DNA of 63,714 nucleotides, the filler included, from Candidatus Tectimicrobiota bacterium (lineage in GTDB: Bacteria > JACPSX01), in assembly GCA_016193065.1 (NCBI GenBank). It is 4 parts of 4 records of this genome, joined end to end, with 100 filler letters (N's around TTAATTAATTAA, not from the genome) between each part and the next. Parts side by side here need not be neighbours in the genome. Positions count along the whole stretch, not along the records: positions 7,892 to 31,808 come from JACPSX010000106.1; positions 31,909 to 59,027 come from JACPSX010000108.1; 2 more parts are not named here. One strand, written 5' to 3'. The position numbers and the translations under genes were made by a program. Each line of letters starts with the position of its first letter. Within the stretch, counting starts at the first letter, position 1. Below, in pieces: positions 30,154 through 39,454 of this stretch. Under the pieces are notes generated by a model. The model saw only the letters and a list, made by a program, of their open reading frames with translations, was not told the DNA's origin and searched no databases.

Positions 30154-31329
30154 GTGCCGGGACTGGAGATTGAACAAATCGTGCAGATGCTAACCTCTCT
30201 GGAGAGCCGGGCCATCAAGGTCCATGCCCTGCAGTGTTCCAAGTTGCGACACCGTCGCTCCACCTGCGCCCTGTGCGCCGACCATTGTCCCGTGAAAGCC
30301 ATCACCTGGGAAGAATCACTGCAGGTCGACCCGGAGAAATGTACGGGCTGCGGGATCTGTGCGGCCGTCTGCCCGACGGGAGCTCTGGAGGCTCGGAACC
30401 CGACGAACCTGGAGCTGTGCACCCGAATTCAGGAACTGGCCAAAACCGAGACTTCCATAGTCTTCGCCTGCCCCACCTACCTGAGAGGCGCGGAGGGGGC
30501 AGACGATCGCCGTCTCCGGGTCAATTGCCTGGGGCGTCTCGATGAATCCATCCTGGCGGGGGCTCTCTCTGTCGGAATTCAGTCCGTCCGTCTGCTGGCC
30601 GGCGCCTGCGCGTCATGCCCTCACGCCATCGGCCTCGCCGTTGCCGAGCAGGTCACGCACAGGACAAACGCGCTGCTCGGGGCCTTCGGCATCTCCGCGA
30701 GGATCCGTGTGAGCCTGGAGCCGCCTTGCGCGCCGGAGCCGCCGGCTCAGCCCTCCGCGCCGTCCGCAGGCCTCTCCCGGCGCTCCTTCTTCCGTCTGCT
30801 GACGCGGGAGACGGCCCGCAAAGCCGCGGTCGGCGTCGAGAGCATCCTGGGCATTCCAAACGCCCGGACCCAAAAACCGGAAAAAGGGGAACTGCCTGCC
30901 GCCCTGCCCGCCAAACGGAGGCTCCTCCTGGCGGCATTGCGGCGGATCGGGAAGTCGGTCGCCGCCGAATCCCCTGCCGACGGCGGTCTGTGGGCCCGGT
31001 TCGGCTTCAAGGAAGCCTGCAACGGCTGCCAGATGTGCGCGTTTTTCTGCCCCACCGGGGCATTGAGCAAAGTTCAAGAAGGAGGAAAGGTCGGCGTCAC
31101 TTTCCGGACCTCTCATTGCACCGCCTGCCGCCTTTGCCAGGAGATCTGCGATTGCGGCGCTGTAACCCTCTCCTCCACCGTGGACCTGAGCAAAGTGCTG
31201 GCGGACTCCGTGGATGTGCTGTTGATGCAGGAAGTGAAGGCCTGTCCCTGGCTGGAATCCCCGGAGGAGAGAATCAAGAGAATCCTCTCGGAAATGTTTC
31301 CAAACGGAAACAGCCGTTCGGGATTGTAA
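30154..31329 (+). CDS. Polyferredoxin-type 4Fe-4S protein
   Basis: Multiple CxxCxxCxxxCP motifs; internal SRRSFF. Confidence 0.85.
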   Translation: MPGLEIEQIVQMLTSLESRAIKVHALQCSKLRHRRSTCALCADHCPVKAITWEESLQVDPEKCTGCGICAAVCPTGALEARNPTNLELCTRIQELAKTETSIVFACPTYLRGAEGADDRRLRVNCLGRLDESILAGALSVGIQSVRLLAGACASCPHAIGLAVAEQVTHRTNALLGAFGISARIRVSLEPPCAPEPPAQPSAPSAGLSRRSFFRLLTRETARKAAVGVESILGIPNARTQKPEKGELPAALPAKRRLLLAALRRIGKSVAAESPADGGLWARFGFKEACNGCQMCAFFCPTGALSKVQEGGKVGVTFRTSHCTACRLCQEICDCGAVTLSSTVDLSKVLADSVDVLLMQEVKACPWLESPEERIKRILSEMFPNGNSRSGL

Positions 31330-31434
31330 CCATTCGGTAACGTCTTCCCTTTCTTCCCGCGGCCGATGGCGGAAATCAAGTCCTTCCATTCGCGGCGGTT
31401 CGGCGCGCTCTTTCCCTGTGGTACGGTCATTGCT
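31296..31434 (+). promoter_or_regulatory. Degenerate paired sites plus sigma54 promoter (unit 6)
   Basis: GTTTC-N6-GAAAC at 31296-31311, GTAAC-N6-GTAAC at 31326-31341; TGGTACGGTCATTGCT at 31419-31434. Confidence 0.65.
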
Positions 31435-31506
31435 GGCATGGACTCCCGGGTGCAACAGAGCGGGACCCCGGCGTGGAGGTTTGTTCCGAACGCGAGGGAG
31501 GAAGGC

Positions 31507-31808
31507 ATGGACCCTTACGACGTCGTATTGATTCAAAGCCCCTGTCAGGTAGTCCGCCGCCTGGAGGAACGGGAGAGCCACATCCAGACAAACATCCGCC
31601 GGATCACCGACCTGATCGGGTTTCTCTTCCACCGCATCGGCGAGGTCAAGCTGGCGGTTACCGGGGAGTATTCCCTGTTCGGCCAGTACCGCCCCAGATC
31701 CACGGAGGAATGGATCGAAATCGCCCTGCCCAGCCCCATCTTCGCCACGGATCTGCTCGGAGGGACGGCCAGGAAGTTCGAGATTTACCTGGTCGGCCAC
31801 TTCCTGGA
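31507..31808 (+). CDS. Probable carbon-nitrogen hydrolase (nitrilase-like) N-terminus, truncated at contig end
   Basis: VVLIQ...NIRRI...VKLAVTGEYSL resembles the nitrilase LVVFPE motif; GGAGG RBS. Confidence 0.5.
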
Positions 31809-31908
31809 NNNNNNNNNNNNNNNNNNNNNNNNNNNNNNNNNNNNNNNNNNNNTTAATTAATTAANNNNNNNNNNNNNNNNNNNNNNNNNNNNNNNNNNNN
31901 NNNNNNNN
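31809..31908. other. Artificial contig-joining linker
   Basis: Ns flanking TTAATTAATTAA. Confidence 0.97.
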
Positions 31909-31978
31909 GGCTGATCCGCCTCAGGTGGAAGCTAGTTTCAAAGCCTCTTACATCAGTTAGGGGCAGATGTCCAGCTTA

Positions 31979-32735
31979 AATTCAGGGGACACCTTACTTA
32001 ACTTGTAGCTTCCTTGCTCCCTTCGGCCGGGCTTCTGCCGCCTCAGCGTGCGTTCCATGATCATCTACAGCGCTTCCGTGAAGCGTTCACTTCCAAGCGG
32101 CCTGCCAGTTCGCTCGTGTTTCCTGATGTCGTTCATTGTCTCTTCCTCCTCGGCCGAGGAGAGGAACCGTTTCCAGTCTCCAACGATCTCCAGCAGGGGA
32201 GACACCTTGACAAGCTGATCCTCTACGCCGTCGAGGTGAGCCCGCGCACTGCTCCACTTCCATGACTGGGGTTCGCGCGCCAGTTGTGCCCGCACCGGAT
32301 TCATCTCTATATATCGAGCCGCCGCAAGGAGATAGTTTTCATCCATGGGAAAAGAAGAAAAACGCCCTTCCCACAGATGTCCCCGCCAGTTTTCGCGAAA
32401 GTTGATCCATCGACTGTAACGCCGGTGTGCCTCGCCAACTCCCCGCCTTAGCCCACCCTCGGTTTCCGGAACCGCTATGAGATGGACATGGTTCGGCATC
32501 AGGCAATAGGTCCAGATCTCCACACCACATTTCTGGGACCACTCGGCCATCAAAGAGATGTAAGCCCGATAATCTTCGTCGCGGAAAACGGTGGGCATTC
32601 GCCGGTTGCCGCGCTGGGTCACGTGGTGAGGCATGCCGGCAGCTATCACCCGCGCAATTCGAGCCATGACAGAGTAGAATACAATTAAAGCAAATCCCAA
32701 GTGAAAGAAGAATTACGTATGGTGTCCCCGGAATT
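31979..32735 (-). mobile_element. RAYT/REPtron-like unit flanked by inverted GGTGTCCCC-GAATT motifs
   Basis: AATTCAGGGGACACC (31979-31993) and GGTGTCCCCGGAATT (32721-32735) flank a Y1 transposase; 31909-32220 recurs at 58712-59027. Confidence 0.7.
32065..32667 (-). CDS. REP-associated Y1 (HUH) tyrosine transposase, C-terminus shortened by TAG
   Basis: HHVTQRGNRR, YCLMPNHVHL, RYIEMNPVRA, WSSARAH. Confidence 0.9.
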   Translation of the reverse strand: MARIARVIAAGMPHHVTQRGNRRMPTVFRDEDYRAYISLMAEWSQKCGVEIWTYCLMPNHVHLIAVPETEGGLRRGVGEAHRRYSRWINFRENWRGHLWEGRFSSFPMDENYLLAAARYIEMNPVRAQLAREPQSWKWSSARAHLDGVEDQLVKVSPLLEIVGDWKRFLSSAEEEETMNDIRKHERTGRPLGSERFTEAL

Positions 32736-32785
32736 CGGAATTCCCGCGGAATTCCCGGAATTCGGGATTCCCTATCCACATTCCC

Positions 32786-33247
32786 TCATTGAGGCACTCT
32801 CTCGACACAAGCCTTTTTAGGTTTTGAGGTGGGAATAAGATCTAACTTGTCTGGCGATATGAATTGAAAAGAATAGCTCATTATCTCACCAATCAAATTG
32901 TTTGCCCTTGTGATTGTGTACACCCCTCCCTGAGCTACTTCCGTTTGCCATTGACCATCTACCCAAATCAGATCGGCGGTATTGGCGACAGTTTTGTCAC
33001 TACTTCTTTCAATATAAAGACCTTCTTTCTTGCCTAGAGGAATAACAATGCCAGCTTTGCCTCCATCCTTTAGAGAGCATTCGCCATAAAATACCGCCGT
33101 CCTTTCATTCTTTAAGCGAGACAAATATTCTGCTACAAATTTTGTACCGGCCGCGTCTCTTGCCACGACTTGGTCTGTCGCCGAGCCCGCCAAAGAAGGA
33201 ACAGGTATTGCTAAAATGAAAGCTAGAAAAATGAGAGATTTCGACAT
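32786..33247 (-). CDS. Exported hypothetical protein, probable immunity protein
   Basis: Signal peptide, low GC, immediately downstream of the RHS toxin gene. Confidence 0.65.
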   Translation of the reverse strand: MSKSLIFLAFILAIPVPSLAGSATDQVVARDAAGTKFVAEYLSRLKNERTAVFYGECSLKDGGKAGIVIPLGKKEGLYIERSSDKTVANTADLIWVDGQWQTEVAQGGVYTITRANNLIGEIMSYSFQFISPDKLDLIPTSKPKKACVERVPQ

Positions 33248-33265
33248 TTCAAGCCTCGTTGCGCG

Positions 33266-34189
33266 TCATTGCGCGAAGATGTTTATGTAAACCCCGCTAG
33301 CAGGCAATTGCTGGCCTACGGGAACTCTTGGATTACCAGCCGTGGGGTAACTGTTGTTGAATGGCCCAAACTGCTGAAGAACGGGATATAGGCCATAACG
33401 GGCTGGCCTAGAAGGGTTCCCCTTTATGACAAATCCCTTTGCGCCGCCAGTTGTATCTTTTGAGCAAAGCGCAGTTGCAGCGGCCTGTTTTGCCTGCGAA
33501 TAGGCGGCAACTATTGAAGGCACTTTATTACGCAGAGCGGTCTCGGCTTCCGCACTTAGTTGTGGGGGTGCGATGCCCCGATCAATCTTTCCTGGTATAT
33601 AACGATTTTCAGCGATATACCCAATGACAACTCTTGCATCATAAATGCCTTTACCACTTAACGATCCAGTTTCGTTATAGATAATATTTGCAAGCTCCTC
33701 TTGGGTATAAAGGCCTAGCAGGTCAATCCAATTCATCGGATTATTATCGACGTAACTGTAAAGTGGGTTGGCCCCTTGCTGGATACCTATTGGGTCAGGT
33801 TCAACATACCGCCCGGTGCTTGGATCATAATCCCGGAAGTAGTTGTAATCCAGCCCGGTTTCTTCATCGAAGTACTGGCCGGGGAAACGGAGGTTCAGGG
33901 TGACTCCCGGCTGGGCGGTGATTGTGGTCTCCCCAAAGGGCTCCATGTCCACTTCCCACACTGTCTGGCCCTGCTCGTCCGTCATCATGACCGGAGTCCC
34001 GAGATGATCCGTGTGGACATAGAGGAGAACCTCCGAGGGCGCCGCTTGACCAATTATCGTTTGAGCTAGTATAGACCCGAGTTCCAAAAGGGACAAGGCG
34101 GCCTCTGAAGACTTCAGGGGAAGCAAAGTTAGAGCCATACAGACAAAGGGAAGGAAAAGAGAAAGGGAGCCGAGGCGGGGGGACTTCAT
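33266..34189 (-). CDS. Short RHS repeat-associated core protein with a C-terminal toxin domain
   Basis: YVHTDHLGTP, LRFPGQYFDEETGLDYNYFRDYDPSTGRYVEPDPIG, NNPMNWIDLLGL junction, then a lower-GC tail. Confidence 0.88.
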   Translation of the reverse strand: MKSPRLGSLSLFLPFVCMALTLLPLKSSEAALSLLELGSILAQTIIGQAAPSEVLLYVHTDHLGTPVMMTDEQGQTVWEVDMEPFGETTITAQPGVTLNLRFPGQYFDEETGLDYNYFRDYDPSTGRYVEPDPIGIQQGANPLYSYVDNNPMNWIDLLGLYTQEELANIIYNETGSLSGKGIYDARVVIGYIAENRYIPGKIDRGIAPPQLSAEAETALRNKVPSIVAAYSQAKQAAATALCSKDTTGGAKGFVIKGNPSRPARYGLYPVLQQFGPFNNSYPTAGNPRVPVGQQLPASGVYINIFAQ

Positions 34190-34254
34190 GGCTGCTTCCT
34201 CCCAGAAGAGGGTGGTACCGTTTGCGGAGTGGAAGGGAACTGGTCAGAGATCAA

Positions 34255-34270
34255 AGCAAGAGGAGTGCCA
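34255..34270 (-). promoter_or_regulatory. Sigma54 promoter for the RHS gene
   Basis: Minus strand TGGCACTCCTCTTGCT; palindrome TGCACA-N6-TGTGCA at 34392-34409 upstream. Confidence 0.75.
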
Positions 34271-34553
34271 CGAGACCCGGGAGAAGAGTTGGAAAATGAG
34301 AAGTGCCGGATGATCAAAGAATTAGAGGGAAGGGGAAATGCTTGGAAACCGATTCCGATGGGAAGCAAACGCTCCGCACACCCAAGATCGCTGCACAAAA
34401 AACTGTGCAATTTGCATAGTTTTGATTGCGAATGCGTGGACGGCGAGCCGCACCCTTCTTTCCTCAAGAGACGGGTAGGAGAATGCCCTCGTGCTGGATT
34501 CAGGAGGGGAACATCACCAGAGATTGGAGGACAAAGGTTTTGGGATTCTAACC

Positions 34554-34660
34554 TCAAGACAGCCCGCGGCGGCGGCGCAGGAACCATTCGGCGCACAGGA
34601 CCAGGGTCAAGAGGGCAAATGCCCAGGGGGTCTGCCCCAACTTCAGGCGGCGCTCGGCCA
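34554..34660 (-). repeat. Copy of the 3' end of the gene at 39455-41737
   Basis: Encodes AERRLKLGQTPWAFALLTLVLCAEWFLRRRRGLS*; same amino acids, synonymous differences. Confidence 0.9.
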
Positions 34661-34716
34661 CCGGGCGGTCAACCCTTTGTAGTGATGGCATTGTTTTTGC
34701 CCAGCAACACTTTGGG

Positions 34717-35049
34717 GTGAGCTATTTCGCCATGCTTTATCTCCTTCAAAACCTTGGCTGGATCACGAAGAAGGACCGAGAACGGCTACAAGCCTTCAAG
34801 CCTAGTGAGATAGCCAGCCGTCTGGGACTGGAGATCGATCGCGAAGAAGAAGGACCGCCCGTCCCGCTCCAGTTTGTCCGGCTTGCACTGGAAGCTTATC
34901 GCGGGGGCAAGATTTCCCTGGGGAAGTTTGCTAACATGCTGCGCATGTCTCGTCAGGAAGCTATGGGACTGCTAAAGTCCCTCAACATCCCACTGAGACT
35001 CGGGACTGAAGATAAGGAGGCGCTCAAGCGGGAGCAGGAGAGTGGGTGA
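34717..35049 (+). pseudogene. C-terminal fragment of an ImmA/IrrE-like XRE-metallopeptidase protein
   Basis: GVSYFAMLYLLQNLGWI...FVRLALEAYRGGKISLGKFANML; begins just after the repeat with no RBS. Confidence 0.55.
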
Positions 35050-35167
35050 GGGAAGAGGCGGTCCGGCCGATCGGCCCGTTGTTCTTGATAACTACAGGTG
35101 ATTGGGGTAATTGCCCAGTCACTAGAAAAACATATAACATATTGATTTATATATTGTTAAATTCAGA

Positions 35168-35197
35168 TTGAATTAATAGTACTAAATTTAGTATCAT
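35168..35197 (+). promoter_or_regulatory. hicAB promoter with palindromic operator
   Basis: TTGAAT-18-TATCAT; perfect palindrome TACTAAATTTAGTA at 35180-35193. Confidence 0.6.
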
Positions 35198-35229
35198 TCC
35201 TTGCCGACCTAATGGAAGAATAGTAGAAT

Positions 35230-35475
35230 ATGGGTCAGTGGGAGGAATACTTAGAGAAAATTCGCAATAACCCCCGTAATGCCCGCTTTGACGATATTCT
35301 CAACTTGCTTAGGCACTATGGGTTTCACATCAGGACAGGAAAGGGCTCCCACTATGTTGCCTCGCGTGGTCGCTACAGAATAGTCATCGTAAGAGAAAAT
35401 CCGGTCAAGATCCCATATGTTCGACAGTGCATCAATGCGATAGACGGCGTGACCGAGGAGGACTCAGATGAGTAA
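35230..35475 (+). CDS. hicA: HicA-family toxin
   Basis: NPRNARFDDILNLLRHYGF...GKGSH...VKIPYVRQ. Confidence 0.85.
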   Translation: MGQWEEYLEKIRNNPRNARFDDILNLLRHYGFHIRTGKGSHYVASRGRYRIVIVRENPVKIPYVRQCINAIDGVTEEDSDE

Positions 35476-36109
35476 GGATCTAGGTTATTACATGAAATTG
35501 GACTACCCTGTCACCCTTAAGAGGTGCCAAGAGGACGGGGAAGTTTATTTCTTGGCGGAAATTTCGATTCTGCCGGGCTGCATGTCGCATGGTAAAACCC
35601 CAAATGAGGCAATGGAGATGATCGAAGGAGCCAAGGAAACTTGGATTCGCTCTTTCCTGGAAGATGGCTATGAAGTTCCCGAGCCCAGAGATGAAGAGGA
35701 ATATAGCGGCCGATTCGTCGTGAGAATTCCGAAATCGCTCCACAAGAATTTGGCCGAGATGGCTAGGCGTGAGAACGTGAGTCTCAATCAATTGGTTGTC
35801 AGTTTGTTATCAGCTAATGCAACTAGAGAAGCCTTCAACTTTCAGGAAGCCGCAGGAAGAGACCGATGGGTTAGGGAGCTAGTCAAAAATTGGCTACCTT
35901 CTTCTTGCGTTGTATCTCAGGATCCAAGTGGCCACTTTTTGCTCAGTATAGATCCAACATCTCATTCGGGAGGAGTAGAAACATGGGATGCTCAACTCAC
36001 CAAACCAATCCCGAAGCTCGAGAATCCGTTCTTTGCTCTGCAAAAGATACAGGCACCATACTCCACAACTGAACAATTCGGAGAGACAAAGCACCCGGAG
36101 CAGGTATAG
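35468..36109 (+). CDS. hicB: HicB-family antitoxin with a long C-terminal extension
   Basis: LPGCMSHGKTPNEA, YSGRFVVRIPKSLH...ENVSLNQLV. Confidence 0.88.
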   Translation: MSKDLGYYMKLDYPVTLKRCQEDGEVYFLAEISILPGCMSHGKTPNEAMEMIEGAKETWIRSFLEDGYEVPEPRDEEEYSGRFVVRIPKSLHKNLAEMARRENVSLNQLVVSLLSANATREAFNFQEAAGRDRWVRELVKNWLPSSCVVSQDPSGHFLLSIDPTSHSGGVETWDAQLTKPIPKLENPFFALQKIQAPYSTTEQFGETKHPEQV

Positions 36110-36816
36110 TGAAAGATATTTCCAATCTCACAATTGAAAGAACATTTTTATTCCGTCAAGACTCTATTCCGTTTGCTGGTCTACTGGCTCCAGGTACGAT
36201 TGAGCGAGCCTTTCAGCCATTCAGATTCGGAGTCGCCGGAACAATAATTCAAGAGCCTTCCAGTGGTAAGATCCTTGAGCTCCAGATGGCTAACGGGAGT
36301 TTCGATGTAGATAAGGAGAAAAGTCTCATTGTGGGTAAACTAGACATCTCTGAGCGGAAGATTCACTTTACTATCGGGTCGACTTTTGAAGAAAGTGAGA
36401 AATTCTTTCGTGCGGTATTAGATAGCATAAGTGGGGCTACTCAAGTCTCAATGTCGCCTGGAACTGATATCTTGGTCTCGACTATACAGACCTCATGCGC
36501 AGTTACACTCGATTTTTCCTTCGAGACCTTCTTTTCTCCGAGATTCCTTTCATTCCTTCAAGGGCAGGCACAACAGTTAATGTCCATTTCAGTGGCCGAT
36601 GTTAACGTAAGACCTTTTAAATTCTCTGCTGAGGTCAGCTATGCTGTGAAAGATGAGAGCCTTCACAAACACAAAATCATGGTCTCCAACAAACCCCTAG
36701 TTATTGAACCAAGAGTTAACACGCCTTTCGAAGAGAACCGCTTTTTCACGTCCTCTCCCTGCGATCCCGAAACGCACTTTAATCTACTTCGAGCACTTGA
36801 AGACTCGATGAGATAG
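36109..36816 (+). CDS. Hypothetical protein coupled to hicB
   Basis: 235-aa low-GC ORF whose start overlaps the hicB stop. Confidence 0.6.
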   Translation: MKDISNLTIERTFLFRQDSIPFAGLLAPGTIERAFQPFRFGVAGTIIQEPSSGKILELQMANGSFDVDKEKSLIVGKLDISERKIHFTIGSTFEESEKFFRAVLDSISGATQVSMSPGTDILVSTIQTSCAVTLDFSFETFFSPRFLSFLQGQAQQLMSISVADVNVRPFKFSAEVSYAVKDESLHKHKIMVSNKPLVIEPRVNTPFEENRFFTSSPCDPETHFNLLRALEDSMR

Positions 36817-36881
36817 CGTATCCCCCCGAACTCAAGGGGAAGCCCTCCTACAAAAATTTCAGGATTTCCCCTTTCCAGTCC

Positions 36882-36944
36882 TCAGGACAAGCCCCGGCGG
36901 CGGCGCAGGAACCATTCGGCGCACAGGACCAGAGTGAGGAGGGC
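36882..36944 (-). repeat. Second copy of the 3' end of the gene at 39455-41737
   Basis: Encodes ALLTLVLCAEWFLRRRRGLS*. Confidence 0.88.
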
Positions 36945-36995
36945 GGCGGGCGCTGCTTTATGTGGGTGAACGCTTCATCCGTGGTAGAGGGTTTC

Positions 36996-37841
36996 TCAAT
37001 CCTCGTCCCACGGTGCGATATTGAGCGCATCAAGCCACGCGGTGACCATTTCGTACGCCCGGCGCTCGATGATGGCCCGCTCTTCCGGGTCCGTAATCTC
37101 AAGAAAATCAGCGACCCATTTCGGTCCCGCGTGATCCACAGAAAGGAATTGGCTCCGGATCTTCCCCAGCCCTTCGCGCACGAGCCGGTTCGAGATGTGA
37201 GGACGGAACGCTTCTGCCAGGCCGGCGGTGCCTCCGGGATAGTGGCGCACGCAGTAATCGATGTCGTAAGCGTCCTTCTCCTTGAGACGATCCGCCAGAG
37301 CCATCCCCTTCATCACCAGCCAGGGAACGATCCCGGCCACACGGAACGTCACCCGGTCGCGTCCGCCGCCGGGGAGCTCTCCTTCCACCGAAACCTGGAC
37401 AGGATTGGAAAAGGCCAGATCACACCCTCGTGCCTTCCGGGCACGGACGTCCTGTACGGGTTGAGTCCGGTGGCCGGGGCCGGTGCCTCCATACTCTCCG
37501 GACAAAAGGTCTACCTCGATCACGACGGGGTCACGCCCGGGCAGCGGGATCTCACGGAAGAACCGGAACGGCTGGTCCGGGTCCTGCCGGTACCCTCGGG
37601 AAGCGAATGTCTCAAGAATCGTCCGGTAGGATTCTTCAGGAATTCTCCTGAAGTCCAGTGCAAGGTCGATGTCCAGAGTGCCTGCATGAGGTTCTGACGC
37701 TTGCGGAAAGAGCAGGGGAGGGACCCAGCCCCCAACGACCACCGTATGATCTCTGATCTGCCCCATGAGATGGATGAGCTCGATCAGGACGGACCGGCAG
37801 GCTTCCACAGCCTCCGCGCTGTAATCCCGTTGGGTCACCAT
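36996..37841 (-). CDS. AbiEii-like nucleotidyltransferase (type IV TA toxin-like)
   Basis: VVVGGW...HAGTLDIDLAL...MKGMAL..RLKEKDAYDI. Confidence 0.78.
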   Translation of the reverse strand: MVTQRDYSAEAVEACRSVLIELIHLMGQIRDHTVVVGGWVPPLLFPQASEPHAGTLDIDLALDFRRIPEESYRTILETFASRGYRQDPDQPFRFFREIPLPGRDPVVIEVDLLSGEYGGTGPGHRTQPVQDVRARKARGCDLAFSNPVQVSVEGELPGGGRDRVTFRVAGIVPWLVMKGMALADRLKEKDAYDIDYCVRHYPGGTAGLAEAFRPHISNRLVREGLGKIRSQFLSVDHAGPKWVADFLEITDPEERAIIERRAYEMVTAWLDALNIAPWDED

Positions 37842-38911
37842 CGCGGCCGGAGCCTCTGCTCCAGGATGAATGTGGCGGCTTCTTCTCCCCTCCCCTTGTA
37901 CCCCGCCAGGTCGAGGTAGAGCTGGATGTCGCTGGCGACTGTCTCCCCGTTCACCCTCCTGGCGGCATAGAAGAGGCCCTCGTCAAATGGGTTCAAAATC
38001 GTGAAGTTTGCTCCGGAGGGGACGGGCTTCCATCCCAGCGCCTTGGCTAGCTTCGCTGCATCACTCTCCGCATAGGCGAACCCTCGCGAGTAGCGCGCAA
38101 AGGGCGCCGTGCGCGCAGCTCCCGAGAAGAGGGTGAACGCATAGCGAATCTTGTTCTTGCGGCAGTAGTCGGCAAGCGTCCGTTCGATCTCGGGAAGCTC
38201 TCCAGAGGCAAAGCAGTCGAGCGGGCTGCTCTTCAGATAGGAATAGTTCTCCGCCCACTGCCGGAGAAGCTCCTCGGGCCGGGTCAGGCGCAACCCTTTG
38301 TCTTCTTCCCGGGCGTACTCCAGATCGAGAAGCCGCTGCTTCACCTTGAAGGCCAGCCCCAGGCTCACCTGAGCCTTCTGCGCCATCGCCTGCACCTGCC
38401 AGGATCGTTCTGCCTCTTCCAGGAGCACCCGCAGAACCCGACTTGCCTTCGGGGTGAAGAGGTTTCGCAACGGGCGCCGCTCGACCTTCGGGTTCGAGAA
38501 CCCCTGCCGCTCGATGAACACCTGGCCAAAGGCGAGGCGGCAGTCCCCCGCCTGATCCACGAAGCCGACTCCCTCCTCCTTGCAGATCTCCCGTGAGCGG
38601 GGGCCGATGTAGGGAGCCGCCACGACGCCGTACGTTCTGGCGCCCGAAAGACAGGTCCGGAGCTGCTGGATTGCCCCTCGGATCAGGCGGGGCTCCCCAC
38701 TCCCCTTGGCTTCAACGAGGACCCGCCAGCGTTCTCTGCCTGCCATCAAGTCAAGGACGAGGTCAACCCGTCTGCCCTGAAGCGGAGCGCCCCTCTTCCA
38801 CCCCTTGAGACGGACGAAGGGCACCTGCGAGAGGATGGTTTCAATGCTTTCCTCTATCTGGGATGAGGGTGGCTCGGGAAGAGAAGCGATCGACTTTGCA
38901 AGTCCCGGCAT
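37835..38911 (-). CDS. AbiEi-like antitoxin/transcriptional regulator (start uncertain)
   Basis: wHTH ASRVLRVLL...AQVSLGLAFKVKQRL; IQLYLDL...RGEEAA. Confidence 0.75.
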   Translation of the reverse strand: MPGLAKSIASLPEPPSSQIEESIETILSQVPFVRLKGWKRGAPLQGRRVDLVLDLMAGRERWRVLVEAKGSGEPRLIRGAIQQLRTCLSGARTYGVVAAPYIGPRSREICKEEGVGFVDQAGDCRLAFGQVFIERQGFSNPKVERRPLRNLFTPKASRVLRVLLEEAERSWQVQAMAQKAQVSLGLAFKVKQRLLDLEYAREEDKGLRLTRPEELLRQWAENYSYLKSSPLDCFASGELPEIERTLADYCRKNKIRYAFTLFSGAARTAPFARYSRGFAYAESDAAKLAKALGWKPVPSGANFTILNPFDEGLFYAARRVNGETVASDIQLYLDLAGYKGRGEEAATFILEQRLRPRW

Positions 38912-38956
38912 CCGAAATTCCCCCGACCGGGAATGCCTCCGGTCATGGCGAGGCAA

Positions 38957-39078
38957 TTTCACTGAGGGAGCACCTTTTCCCAACCGGTGAAAGCCTACAA
39001 TTGAATGAAACCCGAGTCAAGGAGTTTCACTGAATCGTTTTGTTTCACCAAATGGTGAAATTAGCTATTTTAGTGAAA
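38957..39078. promoter_or_regulatory. Cluster of TTTCAC/GTGAAA inverted half-sites, probable autoregulatory operator
   Basis: TTTCAC at 38957, 39025, 39043; GTGAAA at 38987, 39055, 39073; palindrome TTTCACCA-AA-TGGTGAAA. Confidence 0.6.
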
Positions 39079-39180
39079 CACCCCCTTTGCAAAGTGCTGT
39101 CGAATCTGCTCTGAAAATGGCTCGTTCACCCCCTCCCTGCTCCAAGACTGTGTCATAAGTCCGTTCATGGTTCGACTGGC

Positions 39181-39264
39181 TCACCACGAACGGGCATCCG
39201 GCCCATGCGCGACGAGCACCCGCTCGATGGCTTCCTCGAAGCTGCGTTCGGAAACATCAACCAT
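39181..39264 (-). pseudogene. Possible N-terminal remnant of a type I restriction HsdR, cut by a REP-like hairpin
   Basis: MVDVSERSFEEAIERVLVAHGPDA with GGAGG RBS; runs into CCGTTCATGGTTCGACTGGCTCACCACGAACGG. Confidence 0.35.
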
Positions 39265-39454
39265 GGGCTACCTCCCTCGCCTCCCCGAGCTCGGTCCGGC
39301 GATCACCGCGGCGGCCCCGGCGGTCGCAAGTTCCGAAAGCGGCACCACGGTCACGCGCCGCTCGAGGTCATAGCGGCCATGAAAATCGAACATCGACAGT
39401 TCATTTTTCATGGTGTCAGAAGGGTCCATCGGAATAAATCGGAGGCGGATTACA

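Noticed and set aside
32065-32067. In-frame TAG in the RAYT as possible pyrrolysine or readthrough
   Set aside because: Followed by a frameshift relative to the second copy; simple decay
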